The notes under the pieces were generated by a model. The model saw only the letters and a program-made list of their open reading frames with translations. It was not told the DNA's origin and ran no database searches. A program made the translations under genes and the position numbers. A stretch of DNA of 64,000 bases from Geosiphon pyriformis uo1 (taxonomy: Eukaryota > Fungi > Glomeromycota): contig JAAOMT010000128.1 of NCBI GenBank assembly GCA_016748015.1, positions 503,538-567,537 of the forward strand, written 5' to 3'. Shown here in pieces: positions 12,447-25,085 of this stretch. How positions within the stretch are numbered: position 1 is the stretch's first letter; each line of letters starts with the position of its first letter.

Positions 12447-15400
12447 TGTCAAAATCCACTTTGTTTCTTATTGTATAGGTGATTATTCATACCTGTTACA
12501 ACAATTAGAAGAACACTTTGAAGCACAAAACAAAAATAATCTAGACTTTATTGAACTCAATCTTTTGCCCTTCTGCTTAATTTGCTTTCCCATTGAAAAA
12601 CAATCCAGCAGACAATTCCAAGACTTTTAGAACTGGTTCCTGAACAAGCATTCAGCTGAAATCTACACAGCTTATACAACCTATTACTTTGACCAAGCTT
12701 ATTTTAAAGACAACTTTGAAGAAAGAAACAACAGTATCAATCAGCTCTTATATTTCACAACCTTTGAACAACAGCCCTCTGATTTCGAATATCTGAATCA
12801 TCAAATTCACATTTGAATTGCTGCCCATCAAGCAACTGAAACTCCCTTTGAAACAGAAGAAGAAAGCTACTAAACTGCTCCTGTTTTTGATCTTTTATCA
12901 AGTAAATTAGATTTATTTACACAAACAGTTACCCTTGAACCAATGGCTAATAATTCCATACAACAAAACATTCTGATTGCTTTCTAAGGCATACAAACTG
13001 CTTTAGGGTGAAAAAACAATACCTTACTACCATTATTTAGAGGCAATGCACAAAATCCAATTGAATGATTGAATGACTTTGAAAAAGCTACCACAGCCAA
13101 CCAATATAATAATAAATACAAGTTCCAAATTGTTGATGGCTACCTCTAAGGCTTTCCTGCCACTTGGTTCTCACAAAAAACTGATGCTGATGCTTATCAA
13201 AGAATTCTTAAATAGGCACCAACAAATGCTAAAGAAAAAAACACTTTTTTTACAACCCAGTTTGAAACTAAATTTAGAACTTCTATCTTAATATCCAAAT
13301 GACATATAGAATTAGAAAAAAAAACTCAAGGTTTTTTTTTTTTTTTTTTTTGTTAATGTGTAACCACACCAGTTGTTTATTAGTTAAGTCCACAATAATA
13401 TGGTGGTTTCATAAAGCCAGCTTACCCAATAATACAAAATCACAAAATGCAGCTAATCATAAGCAGAAAGCCCTAACTACACACTAGTACTATCTTTGCT
13501 ATCTAATGTATTAAACATATCAAACTCATACATCTTATCTATAATGCTAACAAGCTCATGACTATTCTTAATCATACCACTCATCCACTTAGCAGTCTGA
13601 TCAGGATTGGATTTGATACTAAGGGGTTAATCTTCCCACAGTTGTATTATTATATCAAAAATGTCATCATAGACTAAAAAGTCTTTAATCTCATCATCAT
13701 TATCATCATCCATTTTATCATTATTAAATACATCTTCCAAGAAGATCCAATCACACTTTTTTGTCAGGGACTTAAAGTTTCTATTTAACATAGAAGCCAC
13801 AGCAGCCACAGCTTTAACTTGTCTTTTCAAACCAATCATACTTTCCCTTAATGTTATGTCCACAACTGGTGAAGTAAACAGCAGTTTGGTAACCAACACA
13901 ACCAGAGAACCAACAGGTTCAATTATAGACTTAACCAACAATGCCAACTCATTGAGATGGAATTCCATAGAAGCCAATTTGGATCCAACAACAGTAATTG
14001 GAACAGAGAAGACGCCAAGAACTATGAGTACTACAACTTTAGCAGGTGAATCAAGAACAGGATCTATACCAGCAACAGCAGCAGTAGCAGGAACCACAAA
14101 GACAACAGCTTTGGCATAAGACATAGCTCCAGCAAACAAAGACTTAAAAACTTTGAGACCACTAGTAGAGTTGGGAACAAACTTGAGAAGAAGAGGAGGT
14201 GACACCTTGCAGTCCACAGCTAAATAATCCAAACCTTAACACCTGTAGCAGCGACGGCATCCAGGAGTTTCTCGCCAGATACAGCAACCATGCAAGGTAC
14301 CAGTTTTTAACACAGCATTGTCCAAGGATTTCAGAAAATTGAAGGTAACCACAGCAAAACGTTAATGTTAATATGAATTAGAGGATTGAGGAATAAAACA
14401 GGTTTGGCCACCAGCCTGGGAAACCAAATCACTAATCTCAAAGGCAGTATAACCAAAGAGAAGATTAACCAACTTAGCTTTAAATGCATCTCTTGAAGCA
14501 ATAACTTCTCTTTGGTTAACTACAGGAAAAATTCTGACACTATCTTTTTTGACCAACACAAACCAGTGTTTAAGAGCCTTAGCAGCAGAAGAAATGTTTT
14601 TGAAGTGAATCACAGCATATTACCACAAGCCAGCTGGCTTCAACTTAATAGAAGTGACAACACCAAAAATACCAAGAGCAGCTTTGATGTTATCAGAAAA
14701 GATACCTAAAAGAACATCATGAAATGCAACAAACAGAGGAGGGGAAGACACAGAGGCCATACCAGAAGACCATGCAATCTTAAAAGTGGTCAGAAAAACT
14801 TTTTTACTAATAACCACTTTGATAATACCATTTAGACTCTTCTGAAATGCAAAAATTTCACACAAAACAATTTGACAGTATCTTGTGAAACTGACTTAAG
14901 CCCAATACAACCAGGCAGCAGCTGAAACAAAAAACTAAGCAGGGCCATTTTGATCTTAAATGTACTACTAGGCACAAGATTGGAGGCCATTCAACCAGAA
15001 AACTTTTGACGACCATTTACATTCTCCCAAGCACTATTATCAGCAGTGCCAGAAACTGGGGAAGGAGCAGTTAATTTTATTTTTATCTGATCAGTCCAAT
15101 CTTTGAGATTATCTGGAGTGATGAACTGTTTTGTTTTTATGACAGATAAAGATCTGCCAAAGAGTACCACATCAGGCAACACAGCCTGTGGTTGATTTTT
15201 TCTTATCTTGTGAAATGTGCCGTTGTTATTACCATTCATATCAGGAAGAGAGCTGACTGCTGCTATGGAGATCTTTTCCAAGATCTTATCTGGAACCATA
15301 AAGGAGTTCGGTATCACCATAACAGTTGCAACTGTCTGCTGCTGTTTTTTGGAATTTTTGGCTTTTGCAGCCATTTGTGAAGTAGTAGTAGTAGTAAAAG

Positions 15401-17368
15401 TAGTGATAGTGGTGAGAGCAGAAAAGGGACTGGAAAAACTTTTTTTCTCTCTTTGTCTGTTATCACAAAAATTACTATACCTTAAAGTTAGAAAAATAGT
15501 TTTTTGCCAAAAGATATCCTTAGTTAAAATACATTTTATTATTATTATAACAGACTTTAAAGTGTTTGACAACAATACTAATAGCAAAGTAACAACAGTC
15601 ACGAACAGAAGTACTAGCATAAATACTATTAAGAATATAGACCAAATAGAAAGAAATTCCACTGTCAATACAGAGAAGAAAGAAAATAGCACATTCATAC
15701 CAAATCAAACACCAGTCAAAAAAACAAGACCTACAACATCTACATTCAGGTTTGAACATAACAGTGTAATAATTAGAAGTGTAAACACAAGCAGTAGAAA
15801 CAACACATCTTTTAAAATTGCAAATACTTCAAAAAAAACAGCTCCACATTGAAGAGCAGCTGACTTCTCCTCACTAACAGGCAGCAGACTGAAAGAAAAG
15901 CCTAATAAAAAATACAAACACTTGGGAAAAATAAGTGTAAAAGACCTGATAGAAAGATTTAACCAAGTCATTGAAGAGAAGCTTACTAATAAAACAACAG
16001 ACCAGACCAACAATTTTGTCTTGTAACCAATGTTCAGCAAAGGAGGAAACAGTAATAAGTTTCAAATAGAAGCTTGGATTGGTGAAAAGGGAGCATCAAG
16101 GTCTCTGAAAAAATTGGATAGACCATCCAAACTGCTTAGTGAAGAGATTGAAAGAGCAGTGCAGATTGAAGCAGCTCTAAGGAAATCCAATCCTGAGATT
16201 TTAAATAAGATCAACAAAAAAAAATCTGCAGAGAAATTTGATAAATAAATGGACAATCCATTTGAAATGAACAAAGATATTGCTAATATGGAAGAGACTG
16301 CAGAAGATATGGAAGACTTTGAATCGGGTCTATTAAGCAGAATGCCAAGCCCAAGCCCAGGCCAAAAGAATAACAGATTGTCTGAAAAAAATGCCACATT
16401 TACAAAAGCAAATCTAGAAGAAGGGTAGAGGATTGTTGTTTATGGCACCAAAAAACATGTTCTATTTGTGCAGATAGTGGACATACCAGAAAAGAATGTG
16501 GAAAAGAAGGTGGGGTGGATTTACAATCTGTTGGAGGATGTCAGTTACCTTTTGGAAGCTGTGTTGGTAAGAAACCAAGAAATCAGGATAAATTTCTTCC
16601 AAATCACTGGAAGAGATTAAGCTAAAAAGATCTTGGCAGAAGCGGATATTGAATTATTTTTGATGGCAACTGATGGCATTGCCAATCAAATGGCTGGTCA
16701 AAAGAAGGTTTTAGTTAGGGATATTCCCTTGGGTATTTCTGACAGAGAAGTTGGAGCTGCTATGAGAGAATTTGGAAAGGTGAAAAAAGTCCAAATCAAA
16801 GTGGCTGGAAAATGACAGTTGGCAGTGGTGGAATTCAACAACCAAGAAGAGGCAACTAGAGCAGTGGACCAATGGTCAACCCTGATTAGAAAAGATGCAG
16901 TTAGAATATACCCAATGATAGGCACCCAAAAAATCATTGAGCAGAGAAAAACCTGGGAAGTTAAGCTAGTTGGCCTACCACAAAACTGTACTGCTCACTA
17001 TCTAAATACCACTTTGGACCAAATCAAAGCCCAATCTTGTTTTATTCTAAGGACTAGCAGAAACTACACCAGAATGGGCTGTGCTTACATAGGGTTTGAT
17101 AGTAAAGCCAGTTGCTATAATGCTACCAGTAAGCTCTTGGTAATTGGAAACACTGTGATTCACTGGGTACTCACTGATACTAAAGAATACCATTTTTGTT
17201 ATCAGATAGGACACTTGGTTTTAAAATGCTTTACTTTACTTAAGAAAAAGAAGGGAAATACCAAGAAAGTTACCAATAACATACAATTGGCCAAATTGTA
17301 TGTCAGAAAGAACATACTGGGGAAAGATCATATGCTGAAATGGCGGCACTAAACCCATCTAATAATAG

Positions 17369-18106
17369 TGTTACAGGTTGGAGTAACAAGCTAATAGATA
17401 GCAAAGGAGAACAGTATTGTATGGTGATGGAAATAAACAAAGAAGGAATTACAATAAGGGAGTGAATTGAATAAGTAGGAATTCAATGTGTGTGATCAGT
17501 TTCATAAAAATCACAGTCACTAATTTTTTCTTAAATCTGAAGGTAGAGGAATAATCCGTGATTGTCAACAAGATAACACCACTGTTATTATTCTATGCCT
17601 CAACTTGGCGATTCTTAGAATCAATAACAGGTATTGTTGTACTTTTCAATCATTTCTTTATTCAATAAATTACAAGAGCAAGCCAATTGCTTCTTAGGCT
17701 AATTCTAACAAATACAAATCAAGAAGGGGAAAAAATAAGGTATGTGAATGCCAACAAGTAGATACTTGAAGGTAAGGAAAGGAGAATAAGCAATTATGAA
17801 AGGAAGTAATTAATATTGTTTATTTCATTACTTTTATCATGTCTTTCTACAGCTAAGGGAATCATTGCTTATATAGCTATCTAAAGTGGTCAATGACCAG
17901 ATCAACGATCAAGTCAATGATAAGGTCAATGATCAGGTCAATGATCAGATCATTGATCAAGTCAATGATTAGGTCAATGATCAGGTCAATGGTCAGGTCA
18001 TTGATCAGATCAACAATTACTATCTAAAAATAGGGTGGCTAATTATATGACATCAGTGGCTAATACATGTGATAATTAATAAAAACTATGTGTTTCAACC
18101 ATAACA
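17369..18106 (-). repeat. Family-B 3' LTR (variant subfamily)
   Basis: TGTTA..TAACA termini; PPT (TTTGGAGAGGATAA on -) adjacent at 18107-18120. Confidence 0.95.
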
Positions 18107-18732
18107 TTATCCTCTCCAAAGAGATTGAGCTCCGGCGAAATCAAACTATTTATGAGATAGTCTATGTAAAAGGTTTTGTCTAACTCAAAACTAACTAGTT
18201 TGTTGAAGTCTTTTGTAAATAGAGTATATAGTACTTGAGACAAAATAAGCTTTGTATCTAAGAGACCAAATCTTTGTATAAGAGTTTTGGCTCTTTTTGC
18301 AATGGTCAAAACTCTTGGGACATTTAAATGTATAATGCCCAAAATTTCCACTTGTATCTCTGAAGTTGTTTTCTTCATGAGCTTCATGTCTTCTATGATT
18401 TCACCAAGATGACCATAGAGTTCTAGTTGTCTTCCATATGACAAGTTTTTGTCTATGGGCAAGATTTTTTGTATTGTTTTTCCAATTGTGCTGGAAGGTG
18501 AAAATATCGCTGCTGTTATGCTTTCCAGCAGGTATTTATCCATTTTGCTACCAATTCTTTCTTTTCTGGTAGTTGTTTTCTTTGGTCTAATAACAGTGTG
18601 AGTTCCACTGTTGTCTGTTATAGTGGTTTGTTTTCCGATAGTCAGAGTAGCATTTGGATAGTTCTTGATTCAGTACTCATGAAGAGTATAGAAAGCATTT
18701 TGAATGTTTTGATCCAGGAAATAATTGTTCAT
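18076..18732 (-). pseudogene. Family-B ORF3 (218 codons, one internal stop)
   Basis: MNNYFLDQNIQNAF...ELNLFGEDNVMVETHSFY*; the stop lies inside the LTR. Confidence 0.8.
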
Positions 18733-18773
18733 GTCGATTGAAGATACCTCTGTTTTGGGAATGGTGCATTTAT

Positions 18774-19632
18774 TTATATCTAATTTTTGCTGATCATTTG
18801 GGTCAGTATTACCACAACAGGTAACCAATCAGGTCATTTGTGATATTTCTTGAGTCGCATGCCATAAACAGGGCGATCACTGAATATTGTTCCATATTGA
18901 TCTTGTAAGATATAAAAACCATTGTTCAAAACTTTGTTGACTATAAAGGGTTCTTTCCACTGGCTAGAGAATTTATCACCATAGACATTGTCTCTGTCTG
19001 AATGGTATTCCAAAACTAAGTCACCAACACTTAAGGAAAGTGTTTTATAGGTCTTTTTCTTTTTGAGCTTCTCTTGGAACTGTTTTATCTTTTCAAAGGT
19101 GCTTCTACCAATGAGTCAAGAATGATACCAAGTCTTCTTTGCAAAATGTCCTTGTAATCTTCTATTGTTATTTCTTCAAAAGGTATTGTTTCTATATCCG
19201 TTTCTATTGGTAGAGTTGCCATTTGTCCATAGAGCAGATAAAAGGGTTCATAACTTGTTATGTCATGATTCACAGTTCTGTAAGCAAACAAGGCTGAAGG
19301 CAATACTTTGTCCCATAGGTTGGTTTCTTCACTGGTTTTGGCTAGGGTTTCACATAGTGTTCTATTGAAACGTTCTACTAGGCCATTTGTTTGGGGNNNN
19401 NNNNNNNNNNNNNNNNCTGCATATTGTAGATCACAATTTCTCTTTCTTCAAATCTAATGACTCTCTGGGGGCAGTCAGGATCTTTTCTATTTCTTTTATA
19501 TAACTGGTTCTGGTGAATCAAATAGAAATTTGATTGTTTGCGCAAATGTTCTCTTTGCTGTCAAGTATAGTCCGGCAGGTATTGTCCTTTACCCAAAAAT
19601 TTCATTAAAGCAGAGTAGTTGTCCAAGTCCAT
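18774..19632 (-). pseudogene. Family-B integrase ORF (core hidden by assembly gap)
   Basis: Starts MDLDNYSALMKFLGKG; PQTNGLVERFNRTL; LFAYRT; Ns at 19397-19416. Confidence 0.88.
19397..19416. other. Assembly gap (20 N)
   Basis: Run of N. Comparison with other copies indicates that several hundred bp of integrase are missing. Confidence 0.99.
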
Positions 19633-19697
19633 TATTGTGTTTGTTTGTGGGGGAGTTACAAATAATTAAGTTGGTTTGGTTTGAGAGGGTTTTACTA

Positions 19698-22391
19698 TCA
19701 CTGGATGGTAAGTCTGGAGAGAGCATCGGCATTTTGATGATTAGCTCCTTTGCGGTGTTGAATGTCATAGTCAAATTCGTCCAAGTGGAGTATCCAGTGA
19801 GTTATCTGTTTATGTTCCAGGTTTTTTTTGTTGTGTAGCCAAACCAAAGCTTGGTGATCTGTTACCACCAAAAATTTCACACTCTTAAGATATTTGTCCC
19901 AGTAGCTGGTAGCCCAAACTACTGCTAAGCATTCCTGCTTAGTAACTGAGTAGTTCCTTTCTGCTGGTGTGAGAGTTCTACTGGCATATGCTACGGCATG
20001 TTCTCTGTTATCTTCATCTTTTTGAGAAAAAACAGCACCAAGTCCATAGCCAGATGCATCAGTGTGGAGGATAAAAGGTTGATCCAAATTAGGTTGCATG
20101 AAGATGGGTTCTGTAACCAGTTTTTCCTTCAGAATTTCAAATGCTTTTTGTTGATGAGTGCTCTAGTGATAATTGATGTTTTTCCTAAGTAGCTGATTGA
20201 AAGGAGCAGCGATTTTGGAAAAATCCTTAACAAACTTGCGATAATAAGAGGCCAAACCAAAAAAAGAGTGTAGTTCATGAACATTCATTGGTTGTCTAAT
20301 GTTTTGAACTTTTTCAATTTTGGCTGGATCAGGGAAGATTCCATCTTTTGTAATAAGATGGCCAAGGAACTGGGTGGATTGACGTCCAAAGAATGATTGG
20401 ATTGGATTGATCTTGAGACCAGCATTTCTAAGGAGGTCAAAAACCTTTTGCAAATGTTCAAGGTGTTCATCCCAGGTTTTTGAGTATACCATTATGTCGT
20501 CCAAGTAGACTAGAACAAAGTTTTCTTTTACTGATTCAAATACTTTGTCCATTAAGCATTGAAAGGTGGGAGGAGCATTTGTGAGACCAAAAAGCATAAC
20601 TGTGAACTCATAGGTACCATACTTGGTGATGAAAGCAGTTTTTTTTCTGCTTTCTGGATCCATCTCTACTTGCCAGAATCCAGCAGTTAAGTCAATGGTT
20701 GAGAAGAAAGTGGCACCATGGAATTGGTCTAGCATTGCATCAATCTTGGGAAGTGGGTACATGTCTCTTTCAGTAATGGCATTTAATTGGCAATAGTCAA
20801 CACAAAAGTGTAGGGTTCCTCTTTTCTTGGATATCACTACAACTGGGAATGTCCATTCACTCTTGGTTTCTTGTATGAATCCAAGGGTTTTTATTTGGGT
20901 TATTTTCTTTTTGATAAACTCATCATTGTGCCGGTTGGATTGATAGGGCTTCAAATGGATGGGGCGAGTTTCTCTGGTGATGATGGTGTGTTGTATCACA
21001 TGTGTACATCCAGGAGGTTCACCTTCTTTTGAGATAACTGGGCTGTTTCTAGCCAGCAGGTTTTCAATGTCTACTTTTCTTTCTTCTGGAGAGGGTTCTC
21101 TTTGTTCTACAACCAGTGATTGGATTTCAGGTGGTTCGTTTTCAAAGGACTTTTGGACTTCTTTTATTTCCTCTTGGGGTATTAAGCTGATTGGTTCCCA
21201 ATCTTTGTAATAGATCAGGCAGGATATGCATTCATCGCTAGGAGAATACAATGGTTTGTCACACCAGCACTGGGCACAAGGACTATGCCACCAATAACTG
21301 TATTTGGCTTTCTTGCCTGGCTTTCTGTCAAAGGTTCTTCTGAGCATGTCATAATAAGGCCAGCAGATCAGCTTGCCATTGACAATAATTTCTTCTTTAT
21401 CTGCCTTGATATTATCCAGTGGTTTGCCATTGCTAGTGAAGATGGTATAGGCAAGTTCAGCAGTTTCTTTTTGTTCTTCTTGTTCTTCTTTTTTCTCACT
21501 TTCTTCATCATCTGATTTATCTGATTCATTTTCTTCTGGGCTCTGCTTGGGTACTGAGGGAGTTGTCCAATGGCAACACTTAACCACAATGGGTTTCTCA
21601 CCACATCTGATGGTTAGTTCACAGAGTTCATAATCAAGCAAAGTCTTTGCTTTCTTGAGCCATTCATTGCCAACAATGATGGTGTATTCTTTTGCTTTAG
21701 ACACTTCCATATCAGTTTCAATGCTGATGCCATTGATGTGAACAGGAATAGCTTTGGCTATGCCAAGCCCTTTTTTCTTATCATTATGCACATTGGTCAT
21801 TGGTTGTGTGGATGGTTCATCAATTTTTCTGCCAATTGCTTCAAGAAAGTGTTTGGCAATAACACTAACAGATGATCCACTGTCTAGGATTAAATTGATG
21901 AAGTAGCCAGCCACTTGGGCTTTACAAATTAGAGGAGTGACATTGCTATTGTCAGCAAGTCCAGCTTGGTGAGGGCGTTTGTTGGTTTTGGATGTCTTTT
22001 TCTTTGGAATCAGGGATTTGTAAAGATCTTTTCTGAATTGTGGATGGGTTATCAATTGGCCAAAGGTTATATGTGTTGGGGTTTCCATAAGGTCTTTGAC
22101 AACAGAATAGGGACCGGATTTTTGTACTATTTCTGGGGGTTCCTACTTTGGAGGGTTCTTGAAAACTTTGGCTTTTGGGGGCTCATTGTTGTCAGCAGTT
22201 GATGTAGAAGCTTTATTGGGGTCTAGAATGAAATCAACTTTGGCTTTCTTCTTCTTTTTTGTGGATTCAGAGGGGTTGATTGCTAATTCATCCATGTCAT
22301 GATCATCATCAGTTAAGTTAAAAGCGAAAAAGGGGTTTTCTTCTGGTTGGCTTGCACTCTCACCCTTTGGAGGTGCGCCTACCAGTTTAAA
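19698..22391 (-). pseudogene. Family-B pol (protease - RT - RNase H)
   Basis: LILDSGSSVSVI, FCVDYCQLN, IDLTAGFWQV, VYLDDIMVYS, LHTDASGYGLGAV, NADALSRLTIQ*. Confidence 0.96.
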
Positions 22392-23932
22392 GGCTAATAA
22401 ACAGTGGCTTCAACTAGGGGATCTTCTCCAAAGAAATTGATGTTGGCATGATTGGGTCTTTGGTTGGGCACATTGTTGTTGTTGATCCTGTTGTTCTGAG
22501 CATTATTGTTTCTGGGAACTGGTGAAGGCAGTGGAGGATTGTTGCAATCTCTTGAAAAGTGTCCAGTTAATCCACAGTGATAGCGTACAGGTGGGCCACA
22601 ATTTTGTTGTCTTTGATAAGGTGGTTGCTGGGGCTGATTGAAGCGTGGTTCAAATCTGGGTCTTTGTGGTTGCTGATTTTCTCTGACTGCTTGGGCTAAG
22701 AGTTCTAATAACCAAGCAAGATTTGCTGTAAGTCTGTCTATTAACTGTTCATTTGGATCTTGAGTGTGAGTGGCAAAAGAAGTAGCAGCCATTTGAGGGG
22801 CAGGAGCCATGATAAGAACAGGAGCAAAAACTGGTAGTGTGGATCCCAAGTGCATCCTTTGGTTGTCTTCAATTCTTTGTGCTAATTCAATGGCCATATC
22901 CATGGTGGAATTATCTTTCAGAGCCAGGAGGGGCCAAAGAGCATATGATAGATCAGTTCTCAATCTTTTTGTAAAGGAGTGAATTTTCTGCTCTTTTGTC
23001 CAATTTCTTCCAGTGTCTACTCATTTGATTAACTTTCTGATTGCTTTGGCATATTCGGTTACAACTTCACCGGGACCTTGGGTTCTTCTTTCCAATTCTA
23101 TATGCCATTTTGATATTAATATTGGGGTTCTGAACTTGTTTTCAAACTGGGTAGTGAAAGAAGTGTTGATTTCTCCCACATTTGCTGGTGTTCATCTAAC
23201 GATTCTTTACTGGGCATTGGCATCTGTTTTTTGTGAGAACCAGGTAGCAGGGAATCCTTGAAGGTAGCCACCGACAATTTGGAACTTGTACTCATCATTA
23301 TATTGATTGGCTGTAGTGGCTCTTTCAAAGTCATCCAACCATTCAATTGGATCTTGTGCATCACCTCTAAATAATGGTATTGGGGTGTTGTTTCTTTGCC
23401 CTAGAGCAGTTTGTATACCTTGGAGGGCGGCCAGAATGTTTGCTTGCATGGGGTCATTAGCCATTGGTTCAGGGGTAACTGTTTGTGTAGACGAGTCTGA
23501 TTCACTTGATAAAAGATCAAAAACAGGGACAGTTTGGTAGCTTTCTTTTTCTGTTTCAAAGGGAGTTTCAGTTGCTTGATGGGCAGCAATCCAAATGTGG
23601 ATTTGATAATTCAGATATTCAAAATCAGGGGGCTGTTGTTCAAAGGTTGCAGAATATAAGAGCTGATTGATACTGTTGTTTCTTTCTTCAAAGTCGTTTT
23701 CAAAATAAGCTTGGTCAAAGTAATAGGTTGTATAAGCTGTGTAGGTTTCAGCTGAATGCTCATTCAGAAACCAGTTCCAAAAGTCTTGGAATTGTCTACT
23801 GGATTGTTCTTCAAGGGGGAAGCAGATCAAGCAGGAGGGCAGAGGATTAAGTTCAATGAAACTTTGGTCATTTCTGTTGTGTGCTGCAAAGTATTCTTCT
23901 GATTGCTGTGGCAGATATGAGTAATCACTCAT
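22379..23932 (-). pseudogene. Family-B gag
   Basis: PLFRGDAQDPIEWLDDFER capsid-like start, RTQGPGEVVTEY MHR-like motif, decayed CxxCxxxxHxxxxC knuckle; ATG ~30 nt after the PBS. Confidence 0.9.
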
Positions 23933-23984
23933 ACAATAAGGGAATAAGTGAATTTTGACAACCTCACAGGGAGCACCATTTTTA

Positions 23985-24641
23985 TGTTACGAGTTGGAGT
24001 AACAAGCTAACAGATAGCAAGGGAGAACAGTATTGTATGGTGATGGAAATAAACAAAGAAGGAATTACAATAAGGGAGCGAATTGAATAAGTAGGAATTC
24101 AATGTGTGTGATCAGTCTCATAAAAATCACAGTCGCTAATCTTTTCTTAAATCTGAAGATAGAGGAATAGTCTGTGATTGTTAACAAAATAACACTGCTG
24201 CTATTATTCTATGCCTCAACTTGGCGATTCTTAGAATCAATAACAGGTATCATTGTACTTTTCAATCATTTCTTTATTCAATGAATTACAAGAGCAAGCC
24301 AATTGCTTCTTAGGCTAATTCTAATAAATACAAATCAAGAAAGGGAAAAGATAAAGTATGTGAATGCCAACAAGTAGATAATAAGCGATTATGAGAGGAA
24401 GTAATTAATATTGTTTATTTCATTACTTTTATCATGTCTTTCTACAGCTAAGAGAATCATCGCTTATATAGCTATCTAAAGTGATCAATGACCAGGTCAA
24501 CAATCAGGTCAATGATCAGGTCAATGGTCAGGTCATTGATCAGATCAACAATCACTATTTAAAAATAGGGTGGCTAATTATATGACATCAGTGGCTAATA
24601 CATGTGATAATTAATAAAAACTATGTGTTTCAACCATAACA
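23985..24641 (-). repeat. Family-B 5' LTR (variant subfamily)
   Basis: Pairs with 17369-18106; has fewer 12-bp repeats and a short deletion. Confidence 0.95.
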
Positions 24642-25085
24642 ATAGGAACAATGCGAACCCAGTTGGGTCCCAAAAAACAGGCTTACAAACAAACAACAAA
24701 AAGAAGCAACAAAAAAAAGGAGTGGAACAGCCATGGAAATCCAAAATTGATGAACTGAGACAGCAGGTGAATAAGATAACCAAACTGCTAAATGCTATGG
24801 CCTCCAAACTTGGAGTAACAGTGGAAAAGAAAATGGGAGACAAAGTGGTGATTAATTCACTAAGCCACATAACAGAGGAAAAGAAAAAAGGAGGTAATAA
24901 AGAAACAAAACAGGATATGTTCCCTAGACATAACTCAGAGGAGAAAAAAGAGGCATACAATCCAGAGAAAGAAATCAATGAAATCAAAAAGACCCTGGAA
25001 CCTATTATGATACTGCTGAAACAGGTGGAGAAACAGGGTAACTAAAATGGTACTACAGCTGGGAAATCTAAATCTATGGAGACAG

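Larger units (their letters stand above)
17369..24641 (-). mobile_element. Ty3/Gypsy family B copy 2, structurally complete, 4-bp TSD ATAG
   Basis: LTRs 17369-18106 and 23985-24641; TSD at 17365-17368 and 24642-24645; PBS, gag, pol, IN, ORF3, PPT. N-gap in the integrase. Confidence 0.96.

Noticed and set aside
14991-15852. Overlapping ORFs with hydrophobic-looking N-termini (also 28275-28928, 39222-39803)
   Set aside because: These are antisense or junction-spanning translations of the LINE and ORF1-only elements.
19397-19416. Apparent integrase deletion in copy 2
   Set aside because: It coincides with an assembly N-gap.
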